From Epithemia pelagica (taxonomy: Eukaryota; Protista; Bacillariophyta): a stretch of 64,000 bases of DNA. The notes under the pieces were generated by a model that saw nothing but the letters and a program-made list of their open reading frames with translations, ran no database searches and had not been told where the DNA came from. How positions within the stretch are numbered: position 1 is the first letter of the stretch; every line of letters begins with the position of its first letter. The DNA is taken from positions 2,170,001-2,234,000 of the forward strand of contig OX337242.1 of the NCBI GenBank assembly GCA_946965045.2. The letters are read 5' to 3'. The position numbers and the translations under genes were made by a program. Positions 22,723-34,561 of the stretch are shown here, piece after piece.

Positions 22723-24742
22723 CAAGGAGTCACCGTGATGGGATACCCAAAAAAGATTGCAGATTTTGGATTTTGAGAACAGGTCTCAAAGATCTTTCTG
22801 GCCTCGGTTTTTCACGGATCCTTCCGGATCATCCGAGCTCCGCGGTAAACTACGAAGAAGCGGATGGGTCGCTGAAACGCTTCGGGGGAGAGAACCCCTG
22901 TTCCTCGGAAAGACAACTCAAAAGTCGTCTCCATTTAAGAGAATTGGACGAAGACCTTCGAATGACGCATTGATGAAAACTGATGACGTCTGGTACTTAA
23001 ACGGTTATAGTACTGTTTTGTCGCGGTGTAAACTGAAAACAGCCCGAATTCTCGAGATCAATGACAAGAACGAAACCGAACCAGGGTAAGATAGCCCGTT
23101 TGATTCGCCGAGACATTTTGATATTTTAATATGACCGAATGTCCCGAACACCGGGTCATTCTTGACGTTGGGCATCTCGTATTTATAGTCCATCTGTCGA
23201 AATCACATATCAGCATTGGCTTTGAAATGGACCCGAGTCTTGCGAATGATACTCCCTGCACGATTTCTTCACACCTGGCATTCCCCCTTCCTCCTTTCGC
23301 ACCTTTACTCGTACTCCTCTCTGCCTCCGACTACTACCAATGTCATTCTACGAGTACTCGTACTGGTAGTAGGACCTACTTGGCACTACTACTCGTAGTA
23401 CTCGTACTCGTAGAGACCCAGCGATCAGCGATGCCGTTTGTCATTGGGTTCGCTTCGTTTTCTGGAAAGACACTCCAAACTCCAAAAGCTGACAGTACAC
23501 ATTGACGCACAGTGCAAGATGCCCGCAATCCCAGAAACGCAGGCCAGCCATTGCCGCCCTTTGTGTTCTTGGGGGGCTTGATCCTGCACCCAGGGGTGGA
23601 AAGGCTCGGACCCCCAGTGTTGGAGGGGTAAAGCCCACAGATCTTGTCATTTTTTGTCAATGTCATTTTTTTGTCTTGCGTGTTGTTCTTTCGCCGCTCC
23701 GTGTTGCAAGAAGAAAGAGAACGAAGAAGTGGTTCTCGATTCTCGAGAACCGAGAAATACGGGGTGGCGGTTTGTATCGATCGTGGGACTCCTGACTCGA
23801 TTCGCAGAGACAGCTCGCAATTCGCATCAGTCGAAAGTCCATTGCTCAAGCGTCATGGAAATCATGGGGTCCAAACGAGATCCCTGAGTTCGTCATTGTT
23901 CATTTCGGAGTCAGGGAAGTTGTCGAAGCGATCAAGCATCTGGCTTCGTCTAAACATACCATCTGTGCTGCTTCTCAATTGTCAGTCTCAACGAGAAGCG
24001 ACTCTGGTCACAATGAGAATCTGGATTCTAGTGAACTATGTTGTGTTCCCATTGTTGAGCTGAGAAAGGTATGGAATTAGTTCTACTCTCTTGGCATGGC
24101 TAGGTCTAGTTGGGTTCTCCGATGCATTCGACGAACTATAGTTGTAGTCAATCAAAATGGAAAACCATGCATGGGAAAGAAAACATATACTAAAAGATTA
24201 TGTGCCGGCTGAATCTGCAAAAGAGAACAAAGAGTTAAACTTGGTTTGTACAGGTCATAGCCTGAAAAGACATCTGAAAATGAGACAATTCTCGTATGAT
24301 CCGTAGTGGGAATATGTTGATACAGACAATGGACAGTGCCAAAAAACTGGCTGTAGCAGAGCAACATCAATAGCGATCCCTGATGAAGAATTTTCTTACA
24401 GGAAAGGCAGGAACAGCCTGCTTGCAATTCTGGTATTCGAAGAACTCTCCGGACCAGATCTCCCCCCTGGCAAAAAGCGTGATGCAGCAAAAGAGTGGGA
24501 TGAAGGTGGAGACCGAATTGCGTAACTCTCTTCTTCATTCAATGGTGGTCGCATTCGGCGCACTCTAAGCGTTCAAGTGAAAGAAAGCGTTATTTTGCCC
24601 TGCTTCTATAAAATAATTGTCCTTGTTTCGTGTCCAGATGTTGTCGCTGGTGAACTCAGAGTTATCATAGGAAGCGAGCGACAACTTGTTTCAACTTCGA
24701 CAGTTGGTAGTGCGAATGAAGGAGACGCGCGTGGAGGGTCAA

Positions 24743-24940
24743 CTAAGCTGTGCTCCTACAGCACCGTTGGTCGCCGCACCTCGACAAATATCCACCACGT
24801 CGATGTGGACATTGTCGATCGCCATGGCCATTATATTGCGCCAGAGATCCTTTGCCACCTCCCATATCCAGTATCTCAAGTCCGCGTTGACCATATTCGA
24901 GGTGCGACTCTAGTACACTCCATCTGCCCCATTTATTCAA
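24743..24940 (-). pseudogene. SAM-dependent methyltransferase remnant (copy A; also 38364-38561)
   Basis: LEILDMGGGKGSLAQY resembles motif I; NVHIDVVDIC follows in another frame; surrounded by stops. Confidence 0.45.
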
Positions 24941-25459
24941 ACGGCGGCCGCTTCTTACTTGGCCATTTGGAACCTGGCAACTGATACCTTCATATCAACA
25001 GGAGAGGATATCATCTTCTTCCGGGGAAATTGTTGTGTTTGATGGGTCGCCCAATTAGTTCGTGCCATTGAACTCAATTTCCATCTCTCACATAAGTAAG
25101 TTCTCTTCAATATCTGTTATTCTTTAATTATGGTCACCGCTGGAAATTATCATCGAACCAAGACGTAGCAAAAGGTAACGGGTAGACTAGAGGTAGATGT
25201 AAAAGTAGAGGGTCTATTGCAGAAGCTTGAACTACATCTCGTTACGGGATTCGGGATGCCATTCGAGTTGTCTCATTCGTTTCGCAAGAAGAAGTCACCA
25301 CATTGATTTGCATAGTGGCGTTTGTCCTGAAGAAGAGTGTTGTGGTAAGTAGCAAAAAGATGTGGAATTACGAACAACCGAAGAAACCAGCCAGCCCATT
25401 GATGATTTTGGTCAGTCCTAGGTAGCGACTAGCGACGCCCCTCGGGATGTCAAACTAGT

Positions 25460-25720
25460 GAAGGTTTCCGTCGGCGGCCAAGGCAGTGTGGAAAACAGGC
25501 TCACCTCCCATCGGGTGTTGGTTTTGAACACGGGCGCACACTACACTGTTTCGGCGGATGGAAAGGATCCAGTGGTGGCACTCGTAATCGATATAAACGC
25601 TTTGATATGGCCGACCAGCCACCCATCACACATATGATGAAGAATGCACGCTATTGAATCATCCTCTCTAGATCGAACAGAGAATTTGTGATATTATCCA
25701 AACTATCTCGTCCGATTGCC
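25460..25720 (+). pseudogene. Decayed paralogous remnant of the downstream membrane-protein gene (also 39081-39341; related sequence at 15321-15530)
   Basis: 15-nt exact match GTTTTGAACACGGGC at 25521 and 26591, plus colinear partial matches (GAAGG..TT, GTGGA.AA, GG.TGGAAAG). Confidence 0.5.
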
Positions 25721-25912
25721 TGAGTACTCCTAGCTAGCGTAGTAGGGGGAATCGTGCGAAATGGACACGACGTAGACGTTAGACGTTACTCCAGTTACGC
25801 GTTGGCGTTGGGCGGTGTACTTCCGAGTTCGAATTTACGATCCGGAATCCGGAAGCCAATGCCACCAAGAGTCGCGAGATTCACAAATCCAAAAGCAGGG
25901 CGAAGAAAAGAA

Positions 25913-26977
25913 ATGTTTTCGTGGTGCAAGTTGACACTCAATCTATTGCTTCTTTGCTGCGCGTTTCTTCGGACCCTATATGCGTTGGATGAGCAGGTGA
26001 TGGAGGACCATAGATTTTTGAAGGGGCGAAGCCGAGGATCCTACAGTAGCCGATCGTCATCCTATTCATCTCGTTCGTATTCTTCTTCCTCATCGTCGGG
26101 TTCAGACTCTGATGATATTATTGTGGTTTTTGTTATTCTGATTATCGCCTTGGCGGTGCTCTGTTTTGTGATATATGCTTGTCAGAAACAATCGTCAACC
26201 GAAGCTTTTTACAAGGCTCTTACGAATGCCAAGGATATTGTCAAAAAGAGTTCGACGCAGTATAGCGCTATTCTCACGCAAGATAGTTCAGTTGGCACGG
26301 AAGCAAGAGACAAGAGCACATCTCCAACGAGTGGCAAGTATCACTGCAGATACTTTGAAGATGGAAAATACTTGAATGCCGAGACAACTTTCAAATTTAC
26401 GCCTTCCGAAGATGGAAATGGCTGGAACATTACAGGTTATGGACGCGATGACGATGGCGGCTTCACTATCACTGAAGGGTTTGTCTCTTCTTCCTCCGGG
26501 GAGGCCACCCAGGAAGCCGGACTGCCATTGTCAGGGAAGACCATGAATGCGTACTGGGTGGAGAAGGCATTGGACGCTCCGTCGTTTTTAGTTTTGAACA
26601 CGGGCACGTTTCAATTTGAAGACAACACATTTACGGGAGGCTGGAAAGCCTGCAATGGCAGGCAAAGTCTCTACCTTGGGTTTCATTTGGTGGACCCTGA
26701 ACGGCCACCTGCTCGCGAAAGCGCTCGTGACGAAAACAGCAAGTCAACGGATGCACCAGGCCTGGTGGAGGCAATGCGAGTGGCAGTGAATCGCAAAAGC
26801 GAAGAACAACAAGGGAACCTTGCAAAAGACAATGACATCTTTGTCCCTGAACCTTTTCGAAATCAAGGTCATGACATGACTGTCAATACTGTGGGCCCAT
26901 CACAACGACAAGATCAATCTGAAACACCAATGCACACGTCTGCCAACTACCAACTTCTTGGTATTTCATCAACGTAA
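25913..26977 (+). CDS. Hypothetical single-pass membrane protein (signal-like N-terminus, Ser-rich tract, TM helix, beta-rich C-terminal domain), copy A
   Basis: MFSWCKLTLNLLLLCCAFL...; hydrophobic IIVVFVILIIALAVLCFVIYAC; frame open in both copies. Confidence 0.75.
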   Translation: MFSWCKLTLNLLLLCCAFLRTLYALDEQVMEDHRFLKGRSRGSYSSRSSSYSSRSYSSSSSSGSDSDDIIVVFVILIIALAVLCFVIYACQKQSSTEAFYKALTNAKDIVKKSSTQYSAILTQDSSVGTEARDKSTSPTSGKYHCRYFEDGKYLNAETTFKFTPSEDGNGWNITGYGRDDDGGFTITEGFVSSSSGEATQEAGLPLSGKTMNAYWVEKALDAPSFLVLNTGTFQFEDNTFTGGWKACNGRQSLYLGFHLVDPERPPARESARDENSKSTDAPGLVEAMRVAVNRKSEEQQGNLAKDNDIFVPEPFRNQGHDMTVNTVGPSQRQDQSETPMHTSANYQLLGISST

Positions 26978-27369
26978 TGTGGTGCTCATCCAGAAACACA
27001 AACAAGGATGTTTCAAATTTTTCGAAGTCCCTCTTCATCCATACTGTGGACGAGTGTGCTAGAAATCGGTCTCTTCAATAGGAACAATTGCTCGTGGATA
27101 AAACGTTGGACGTACATGGTTGTCATTCCTAAAACCTCGATCTCGTTCTTAGGGGTATGGAAAATAGGGTAATAGAAGTGTGGCAGACCGTCAGAAGAAA
27201 TGGCAAGGCTCCACGCCACGCACACCCGCGTCCCTAATGGCGTCTTGCACCATTAGAGGCCAGCTCTTGGGATGTTTGCCGAAATCCGGGATATGATAGA
27301 GTAATAGCTTGGTTCTCGCCCCATGCTGTGAATAGGAGATAGCACCAGTGGACCCATTGAGTATTCGCC

Positions 27370-29307
27370 GTGGGACACAACATGCATGGGTCCCGTAGTC
27401 CCGTAGAGTTTCAAAAGCGGGCGGACCGCGCTGTGAGATTGGCGTACGCGTCACATTTGGCCCGTCCGGCAAGTGTCACAGCCCCTGGCCAATGCGTGCC
27501 ACAGCAAAACACAACACATCCTTTGGATTCCATCCACCCAACAAAGAGACGCACCATTACTTCCAAACGCCTTTTTCTTCCAATGTTGTCATTTCAATAC
27601 AAAGGGAACACGTCGCAAGGACTATGGAACAACCGAAGCGGTGTTGCCACAGGCGGCGGGACTAGAGATCAAGCCCCTTTCATGTCTTCCAAGACCAGTC
27701 GAATGCGAACTTGGGAAGATGCCATGAGCAATCAAAAGCACAGCATCTTTTCCCAAATCGAAGAAGAATTTGTCCACTCCCAATCCTCGACCAATCGAAC
27801 GCAAGTGATGGAAGATACATTGGGTAATCACAGAAACGACCAGCAGTATTCCCAAAGACAAGGGCGCCGCCAGAAACAGCAAAGCGACCAAGATTCCATG
27901 TTGCTAAAGCGTTCAATGCCCTTCTCGGAGCATCAACCACAAAAGAAACAAGCCATATCCCGAGATAGTACCAGCACAATGGTTTATCCACCCGTCTCAC
28001 CACAACCCTGGAAATCCAACGCGAACCAGGGAATGTCACAACCCATGGCCCTACCTACCCAGTACCGGCTTCACCGTGCTGCGCCAAGCAGTCACATAAT
28101 GAAGCAGCAGCAACCGCATACAGTCGGGGAAGGACAACATACAGTCGGGGAAGGAGAAGCGGTGATCGATTGTCAAGTCGTTGATCTTCCTTGTTGCATC
28201 GCATCCAAATTGTCACAGGTTCGACCTCAGGACTACTTCTACCCGCGCTGTACAGGAACAGAAGATGGCTTTGAGCTCATCATGCATATTCAAAGCAGGC
28301 AGGGATTACAGGAATTCTTGAATCAAGTGGCAAGAGAGGACGCATCCACCACCACACCCTCAGGCAAGGACGATTCATCCAGCCGATTGATTCATCAAAT
28401 GAAAGCCGCCTTGGACCGTACAGGTCCCAGCATCGAAGCGTCTATAGAAACATTGAAAACAGCGCTAAAAACAGCCACGGAAGCAAAGTCCATGTGGGAG
28501 TCGGCTCATAGGGTTGTCTCTGTGTTCTTGCCTCCTCACCGCCAAAAGACTACCAATCCTTCCTCCGAGCAGTGCTGCTACAACAAGCACCCTGCAACAC
28601 TCCGGTCGAAAGAAATACAAGGCTTAGGGTACGAATCCACGTATGCTCGGCCAAATCATTTGTCTGAGGAAGAGGATGCTAAAGAGCAAGAATTCACCAA
28701 GCCACCCAACCATCTCACAAATGGCGATACTGCGCATGAGGCTTCAAGACACAAACACCAGAAAATGACTTCTCTAGCAAGTCACAGAGAAATGAAGCGG
28801 TCGTCAAGTCGACATCGGCTCAACGAGAAGAACAACAAGGATACTTCTACCCTGGTCAAGATGGAAGTGACAAAGCACAGTAGCAAGAAAAATTCTGAGG
28901 GAGTGTCGGCTATACGAGACCTGGTAAAAGGTTGCAACTTTGCAAGAGATACTCCTCAAACCCTTCAGAACAAGCTCCAGTTGCGATCAGTCCAAGAAGT
29001 TCTGTTCATACAAGATAAAGAAACGTTGCTGTGTGTTTTGCGTGTCATGCAAAAAGAAAAATACATTGAACAACCAGCCCTTGCATCTCATCTGCAAGAT
29101 CTGCTCGACGAGGAGAGCTTCTTCGCGGAAAACAAGTTCTTCACCAACAAAATCCTGTGCTGGAAACATTACAACTTGGAAACCCTTCAATGGTTGGTAG
29201 TGCTGTATTTGTGTCTGGACCATGGGACCGCGGTGCCAAAATCCAAAACGGGTCGCACCCTGCGCTTCAAACCATCTGGAATTGTAGCCACACGTCCATG
29301 GGTATAA
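27370..29307 (+). CDS. Hypothetical protein, copy A (start and possible 3' exons uncertain)
   Basis: 645-codon frame, mostly low-complexity, with a helical-looking C-terminal region; conserved with copy B. Confidence 0.65.
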   Translation: MGHNMHGSRSPVEFQKRADRAVRLAYASHLARPASVTAPGQCVPQQNTTHPLDSIHPTKRRTITSKRLFLPMLSFQYKGNTSQGLWNNRSGVATGGGTRDQAPFMSSKTSRMRTWEDAMSNQKHSIFSQIEEEFVHSQSSTNRTQVMEDTLGNHRNDQQYSQRQGRRQKQQSDQDSMLLKRSMPFSEHQPQKKQAISRDSTSTMVYPPVSPQPWKSNANQGMSQPMALPTQYRLHRAAPSSHIMKQQQPHTVGEGQHTVGEGEAVIDCQVVDLPCCIASKLSQVRPQDYFYPRCTGTEDGFELIMHIQSRQGLQEFLNQVAREDASTTTPSGKDDSSSRLIHQMKAALDRTGPSIEASIETLKTALKTATEAKSMWESAHRVVSVFLPPHRQKTTNPSSEQCCYNKHPATLRSKEIQGLGYESTYARPNHLSEEEDAKEQEFTKPPNHLTNGDTAHEASRHKHQKMTSLASHREMKRSSSRHRLNEKNNKDTSTLVKMEVTKHSSKKNSEGVSAIRDLVKGCNFARDTPQTLQNKLQLRSVQEVLFIQDKETLLCVLRVMQKEKYIEQPALASHLQDLLDEESFFAENKFFTNKILCWKHYNLETLQWLVVLYLCLDHGTAVPKSKTGRTLRFKPSGIVATRPWV

Positions 29308-30360
29308 TCATACACCACACCGCGATACTTGCGGATTGTCGGTAAGAAAAGGAAGAAATTTCGCCAAGTGGGAAAAGCACAAGAAAATGAGCGTATGCAA
29401 TGACTATAGCCCACGAACCAGCATGTATCACTCTTCCGACCATACCACGGAAACTACGAGAACTCGATAGAGTGTATCCCAGGCGAATGTCCACAAGGAC
29501 TGCCATGTGTAGATTGCCCAATAACACTTCATTTTCTGTACTCGACCGTGAAAAGCAGTCTTTCTGTGCAATCAGAAGGTTCATTATTCCTTCTAGTTCT
29601 TGTACGCAGTAAATTTTACTTTGCCATTCTGCGAACTGGAGGACAAGAGAGATTCCTTTCCATACTTCATTGGTAGGCATACAATTCTTTTCCAAGAGAC
29701 TGAAAGCCAAGCGATATCTGGAAGTACTCTTGTGCCATCCAATCCAAATGATTTCGCTGTCCGACGTTTGATCTGAGTTACCTTTTCACTTTTCGACCCT
29801 GCTTTGGATCAATCAGGAACCAAAGGAGGTGTTGTTCCCAGTTGCTCCGAAACAAGTGGTGTTCTCCTTGTCCACTGACTGTGCTTGAGGTTTGTTCGCG
29901 CAACACGGACAGAGCCTCGTCTTCCAGATCATGCGCAGGTGTTGCAGCTTTCATGGAAAAAGTTTCACCCGAAACGAGAGACAAGCTTCATCTCATACGA
30001 TGTTGATATAATATACCATTGCTCTTGTGATTCCTTAGAACGCGAAACAGAAAAAGTTGCTGTGTGTCGGTGTCGGTTTCATTACACCCCAGAAGGGTGT
30101 ATAAGAGGTGGTGATTTGGTTGAAAAAGTTGAGAGCTTCACCCTCATGTTCGGTGCCGCTGGGAGGTAATATGAGCTGCATTCACGAACGTATACTCCTC
30201 AGCTGTCATCCCCAGAAATCAATGAGAGAGCAAAAAGAAATATTTCGATGTTTCCACTAGGGCGTTTCGGTTGGGAGCGATTCGATTTTTTCACGCGAAA
30301 CACCACAATCACACGAACCGATTGAGAATTGGGAGGGAGCGCAATAGAGAGACTTTGACC

Positions 30361-30846
30361 ATGACATATATATCCGCCGACGGTACCGTCGAAGGGAAGA
30401 AAAGTCTATGGAACACTATAGTAGACTTTTTCGCAGGTACGAAGAGCTGAGAGAACGGCAGCAACTCCTTGCCATAAGTAGTGTTCTTTCAAACGGAAAC
30501 TACGGTGGAGCAGGAGTTCCCTCCATGCGACGAAGAGTCTTGTTGCTCAACCACAATGGGACACTTCTATGTCTAACCATTTTCTTGTTTTGTGGATGAA
30601 ATTTTCAGGAATATTCACCGTTATATCACTCTTCTTCACAACAATTTCGAATCCAAAAGCTATTGAAAGTAATCGACGTTCTTCCTCGGTAAGCAATGCG
30701 GAACCTGGAACTCGCTGCTGTTGATGTAGGACATGGTCCGTTCTTCTCACAATCGCGAGTTATGATCGGTTCGTTTTCTCTGTCTTTCCTTCGTGTTTTC
30801 CCTCTTGTATTATGAACACTTGCAGTCACGAACCTATGAAAAATAG
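30361..30846 (+). pseudogene. SELENOK: Truncated selenoprotein K duplicate (exons 30361-30436, 30609-30688, 30826-30846; 58 aa, no Sec)
   Basis: Same exons and splice sites as the 44040 copy, but homology stops 13 nt into exon 3; reads ...SRTYEK-TAG. Confidence 0.85.
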
Positions 30847-33230
30847 CTCGAAACAAAATGCCTCTTACCCCTCGTGTTCGTGCCTTGAAACTTGGTCGGA
30901 AGACATGAATGACCCAAACCAGGAGCACGAATCCTGCATGAATCAAGGATGACCACCCCCTATTTGCCGTTCAGCATGTCATTTGCCGGGCCTGATGGAT
31001 ATGGGAGACCGTGTTCCTCAGTGCGCGTCCAGACTGACGAAACAGGAAGAGCCCAGCCTCAACAATGACACTGGGAACCAAAATTATTCCACGATCCCAA
31101 ATATCAAGGAGGTTGAAGTATCAGACACACGACACAAGTATGGGAGCAAAGTGGAAGCATTCAGCAAGCTTTGCACCATGTCGATTGGTAAGCCCATGAA
31201 CTAAGGGATGCGGTAACCCAAGGCGAATGGAGAAGATGAATTGTTTGTGTCCATGATCGAAGTCTAAAGGAAGCAAAGTTATGTCTTACCATCACAACAT
31301 AGACAACAATCAAACTGAGAAAGGCATCATCAACAAGATCACTTGCTTGAGTTCTGCACATTGCTCTTTCTGACAATTGAAACCACACAACGTACACCTT
31401 TCGTGCACTTTGCTGGTTCCCAGCCCGTCCGATATCACCGGAAGTGAGTACTTTCATTCAAAACAAGGGTGGAGGGACGACATTGGAGTCACCACATTTT
31501 GAAACATGCTTCACGAAGCCAATTACAAGTCCCTTGGCACGAATAGCAACGGAGTAAGGTAGGAAAGTTACAAGTTACAACCGATGAGACAACAGCCCTC
31601 ATGTCCGCAGAGAAGACTACCTTGTGACAGTGCTAACAATAAAAGCCAGCGGAGGATTTGGGTTGATGTTTCGCATCTTTTCTGAGGACATGGTGCATGT
31701 CGAATGATTCACCGCTTCTATGTGGGATTAGCGAAAGGTTCGTCAGGGTAAGCTGGATGAGCGTCGATGGGGCTCCTAGATGAGGACACCACAAAGACAC
31801 AGAAGTTCAAATGAAACCCCAAATCAGACACGTCCGAGAATTGTGCTGGTGTTGGAACGCCAATTTCCTTACTGTGGGAAATCAGTCTTTGCTCAATGCC
31901 ATATGGATGCTCGAGAGTTAGTCGGCGGTACTCCTTAAGAGAAAGGAGTACTTCCATAAAGTAGCTATGCTAGCTTCCCTCTTTTACTCCTATCCACCCA
32001 CATCATTTGAAAAAAGTCGTCAAGGTCCAGAACATGAAGAACATGTAGAGGTCTATCCTTGTCTGCAACAACCCGACGATACGCAAAACGAGTGTTGCTG
32101 ACAATCGTGTCGACGTGTGCGCACCGACACACAAAGTCAAAAAGGCCAACACTTGCAAATGAACGAAAGTGGTTGACGACGCTCCGTGGACTCAACTTGA
32201 TGGAGACCATACCAGAGGAGAATTTTGACCGTATCGCGCCATGAATGAAGGAAGAGTTTTGATTGTCAGTTTGCTGTTCTTGCGTTGGTTGACGAGAATT
32301 ATGCATGGTTCAAATCTATCCAGTGGACCTTTCTCGAAGTTCCACATGTCATGCCACAAGGTATGACACTTTTTGACGATACGATGTCTTATTGATGGCC
32401 CATGGGCCGTTTCCCTTTCCCTGCCGATCCCTTGGGCAGACGACAATCTTCAAAAGATCGATGCATTGAGTATTGCAAACCAGGCACCTCGCCAAATATC
32501 CTTAGCCAAATCAAACATCTGCACACCATTAAGGCGAAGAAATTAAACGAGAACTCATGGGCCGTGATCGTATCAGCAGAGCTCTGATGGAATCAAACAC
32601 TGAGGAGGACTCAATGACTCGTTGTTATTTGATGTGCCGAGGGTTTCGTCCATAAAATGGTGGTGTGAGAATATGTTGATACGCGGTGATATCGCCCTGC
32701 TCGTATGACTCGTATTCGGAACCTTATTAAGTGATATAACGCCTGAAACGGATGGTTACCCTCATGCTACTCGTAATTTTGTACTTACACAAAGATAGTT
32801 GGACAACCGACATACATTTACACGAATCTTTACTTGTATTACCACAGACAAATCAACAAAGGTATTGGGTGTCTACTGAATGTCTTAACTCCTAGCGCCT
32901 AAACAAAAATCATACTTTAACCAAAGCCCATAACCCAATAGACCGAACTCAAATTTATGATCGAAACCATTTAAGAGCAAATTTGTCCGGGGGTAGACCC
33001 CTGCCCATGAACGTCGATCGTGATTCGGATCGTAAAACTTATACATACAAATATATATACATGTATATGATATATCGCCTGGCCGCACCTTCTCTTCCCC
33101 CCAATCGAGCTACCTGACTCCAACCAACAGGTAGCTCTTTACCGCCTTTTCCAATTACTGGCCCTCTTGTTTCGTTTGTCCCCTGATTCCTGTTTCTCTT
33201 TGATCGATTACCCTCTTCCATCATCACACC

Positions 33231-34547
33231 ATGTCCTCCTACGCAAGATCCCTCGAAGAAGTATTCAACAATGTGGAGAAGTCAATGGCAGACTCAGACG
33301 AGGAGCCTGACATCGAAGAGATAGAAACTCCAAAAGCTGTAACGCAGACAACCACTTCAGTGACGTTGGATATGAACCAACCACAGCCAGTGACAAACAA
33401 AAGGCCTGCAGAGCCGGTGGCAAAGAGAGAATCTCCACGGCTCAAGATACAACGTCTATTGGACGAGGCAAAACGGGCGAGACTACAAAAGACCAAGAAA
33501 GGCCCTCCTACAGCACCTCCTTCTCGTGCTCCACCGGTGCCTGTCAGTGCTTCCGCGGCAACAACAAACAAGTCGACAAAAGCCAAACAGTCAAAAGGCA
33601 ATGGCGGAAAAGGCCAAACAAGGGGCAGGAATTTTACAAGCGATGAGACTTGGTATTTGTTGAATCTCATTGCCACTGTTCGTCCGGGTGGTCAAAACGA
33701 TTGGGACCGCATTACCGAAGCCTACAACGAGAAGTTTGGTAACGGTGATGGAGAGCGGCTACGCGACAGAGAGTCCCTCAAACGTCGCTTCAGTGCTCTC
33801 CACGGCAGGAAGATCCCTACTGGGGATCCTGACTGCCCCAAAGACGTTAAAGCTGCGAAGAGACTTGTTCGTTACATCGAATCGCGTTGCGATTCAGGCG
33901 AAGTTGGAGACGAGGAAAACTTCTTGGGTGAGGACCAGATTTTGTTGGACAACCAGGAAGAAACAGAAGATTATGCAGATGGAGACGTGGAAGACGATGC
34001 TTCTTTGGATGAAGAAGAAGCAGCAGCCCAAGAGGAACAAAAACAACCATCCAGCAAGAACCCACGAACTCCAAAAGAAACAAGCAAGCCTGTGGAGGGT
34101 TTGGCTCTGGATTTGGCTGAAAGACTGGAATCAAAACCGCTCCGGTCTGCCACCAAAGGCAGAAAGAAGGTAACAATCGAGGATCCCAAGAAGGACGACG
34201 GCGACATAATGAAATACCTTATTGTGTCGCAGCAGAACCGACAAAATGCAGAGGACAAGGAACGCCGTGAACGCCGTGAAAAGGAAGACCGCGACCGAGA
34301 GGAGCGCCGTGAAAGAGATGAGCGTCGCAAGCGACAAGAAGAACTTCGACAACAGCAAGCCATGCAACAATCCATGGCTATGCAGCAGTCTATGATGCAA
34401 ATGATGATGATGGTGTTTGGACAGCGCCATCCGGTGCAGAACACCCAAACCGTTCAAAATACCCAGACTGTAACGGACGACAACATTCCCAAAGGCAATA
34501 GCGACACCACTACAAAAGAAAACACTGACGAGAACGCAAAGAACTAA
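33231..34547 (+). CDS. Myb/SANT-like DNA-binding accessory protein of the Harbinger-like element
   Basis: RGRNFTSDETWYLL...GGQNDWDRITEAYN...RDRESLKRRFSAL...PTGDPDCP; charged coiled-coil C-terminus. Confidence 0.85.
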   Translation: MSSYARSLEEVFNNVEKSMADSDEEPDIEEIETPKAVTQTTTSVTLDMNQPQPVTNKRPAEPVAKRESPRLKIQRLLDEAKRARLQKTKKGPPTAPPSRAPPVPVSASAATTNKSTKAKQSKGNGGKGQTRGRNFTSDETWYLLNLIATVRPGGQNDWDRITEAYNEKFGNGDGERLRDRESLKRRFSALHGRKIPTGDPDCPKDVKAAKRLVRYIESRCDSGEVGDEENFLGEDQILLDNQEETEDYADGDVEDDASLDEEEAAAQEEQKQPSSKNPRTPKETSKPVEGLALDLAERLESKPLRSATKGRKKVTIEDPKKDDGDIMKYLIVSQQNRQNAEDKERRERREKEDRDREERRERDERRKRQEELRQQQAMQQSMAMQQSMMQMMMMVFGQRHPVQNTQTVQNTQTVTDDNIPKGNSDTTTKENTDENAKN

Positions 34548-34561
34548 GTAGAATCATTTAA

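Larger units (their letters stand above)
24563..30838 (+). repeat. Segmental duplication copy A (~6.3 kb)
   Basis: Colinear with 38192-44504 from CTCTAAGCGTTCAAGTG to GTCACGAACCTATG; paired ORFs in the track. Confidence 0.97.

Noticed and set aside
23300-23415. TACTCG/GTAGTA-rich tract as a defined element
   Set aside because: Low-complexity intergenic sequence with no clear period or termini.
30983-32600. Short ORFs in the unique spacer
   Set aside because: None exceeds ~115 aa or shows a recognisable motif; possibly decayed coding sequence, but unsupported.
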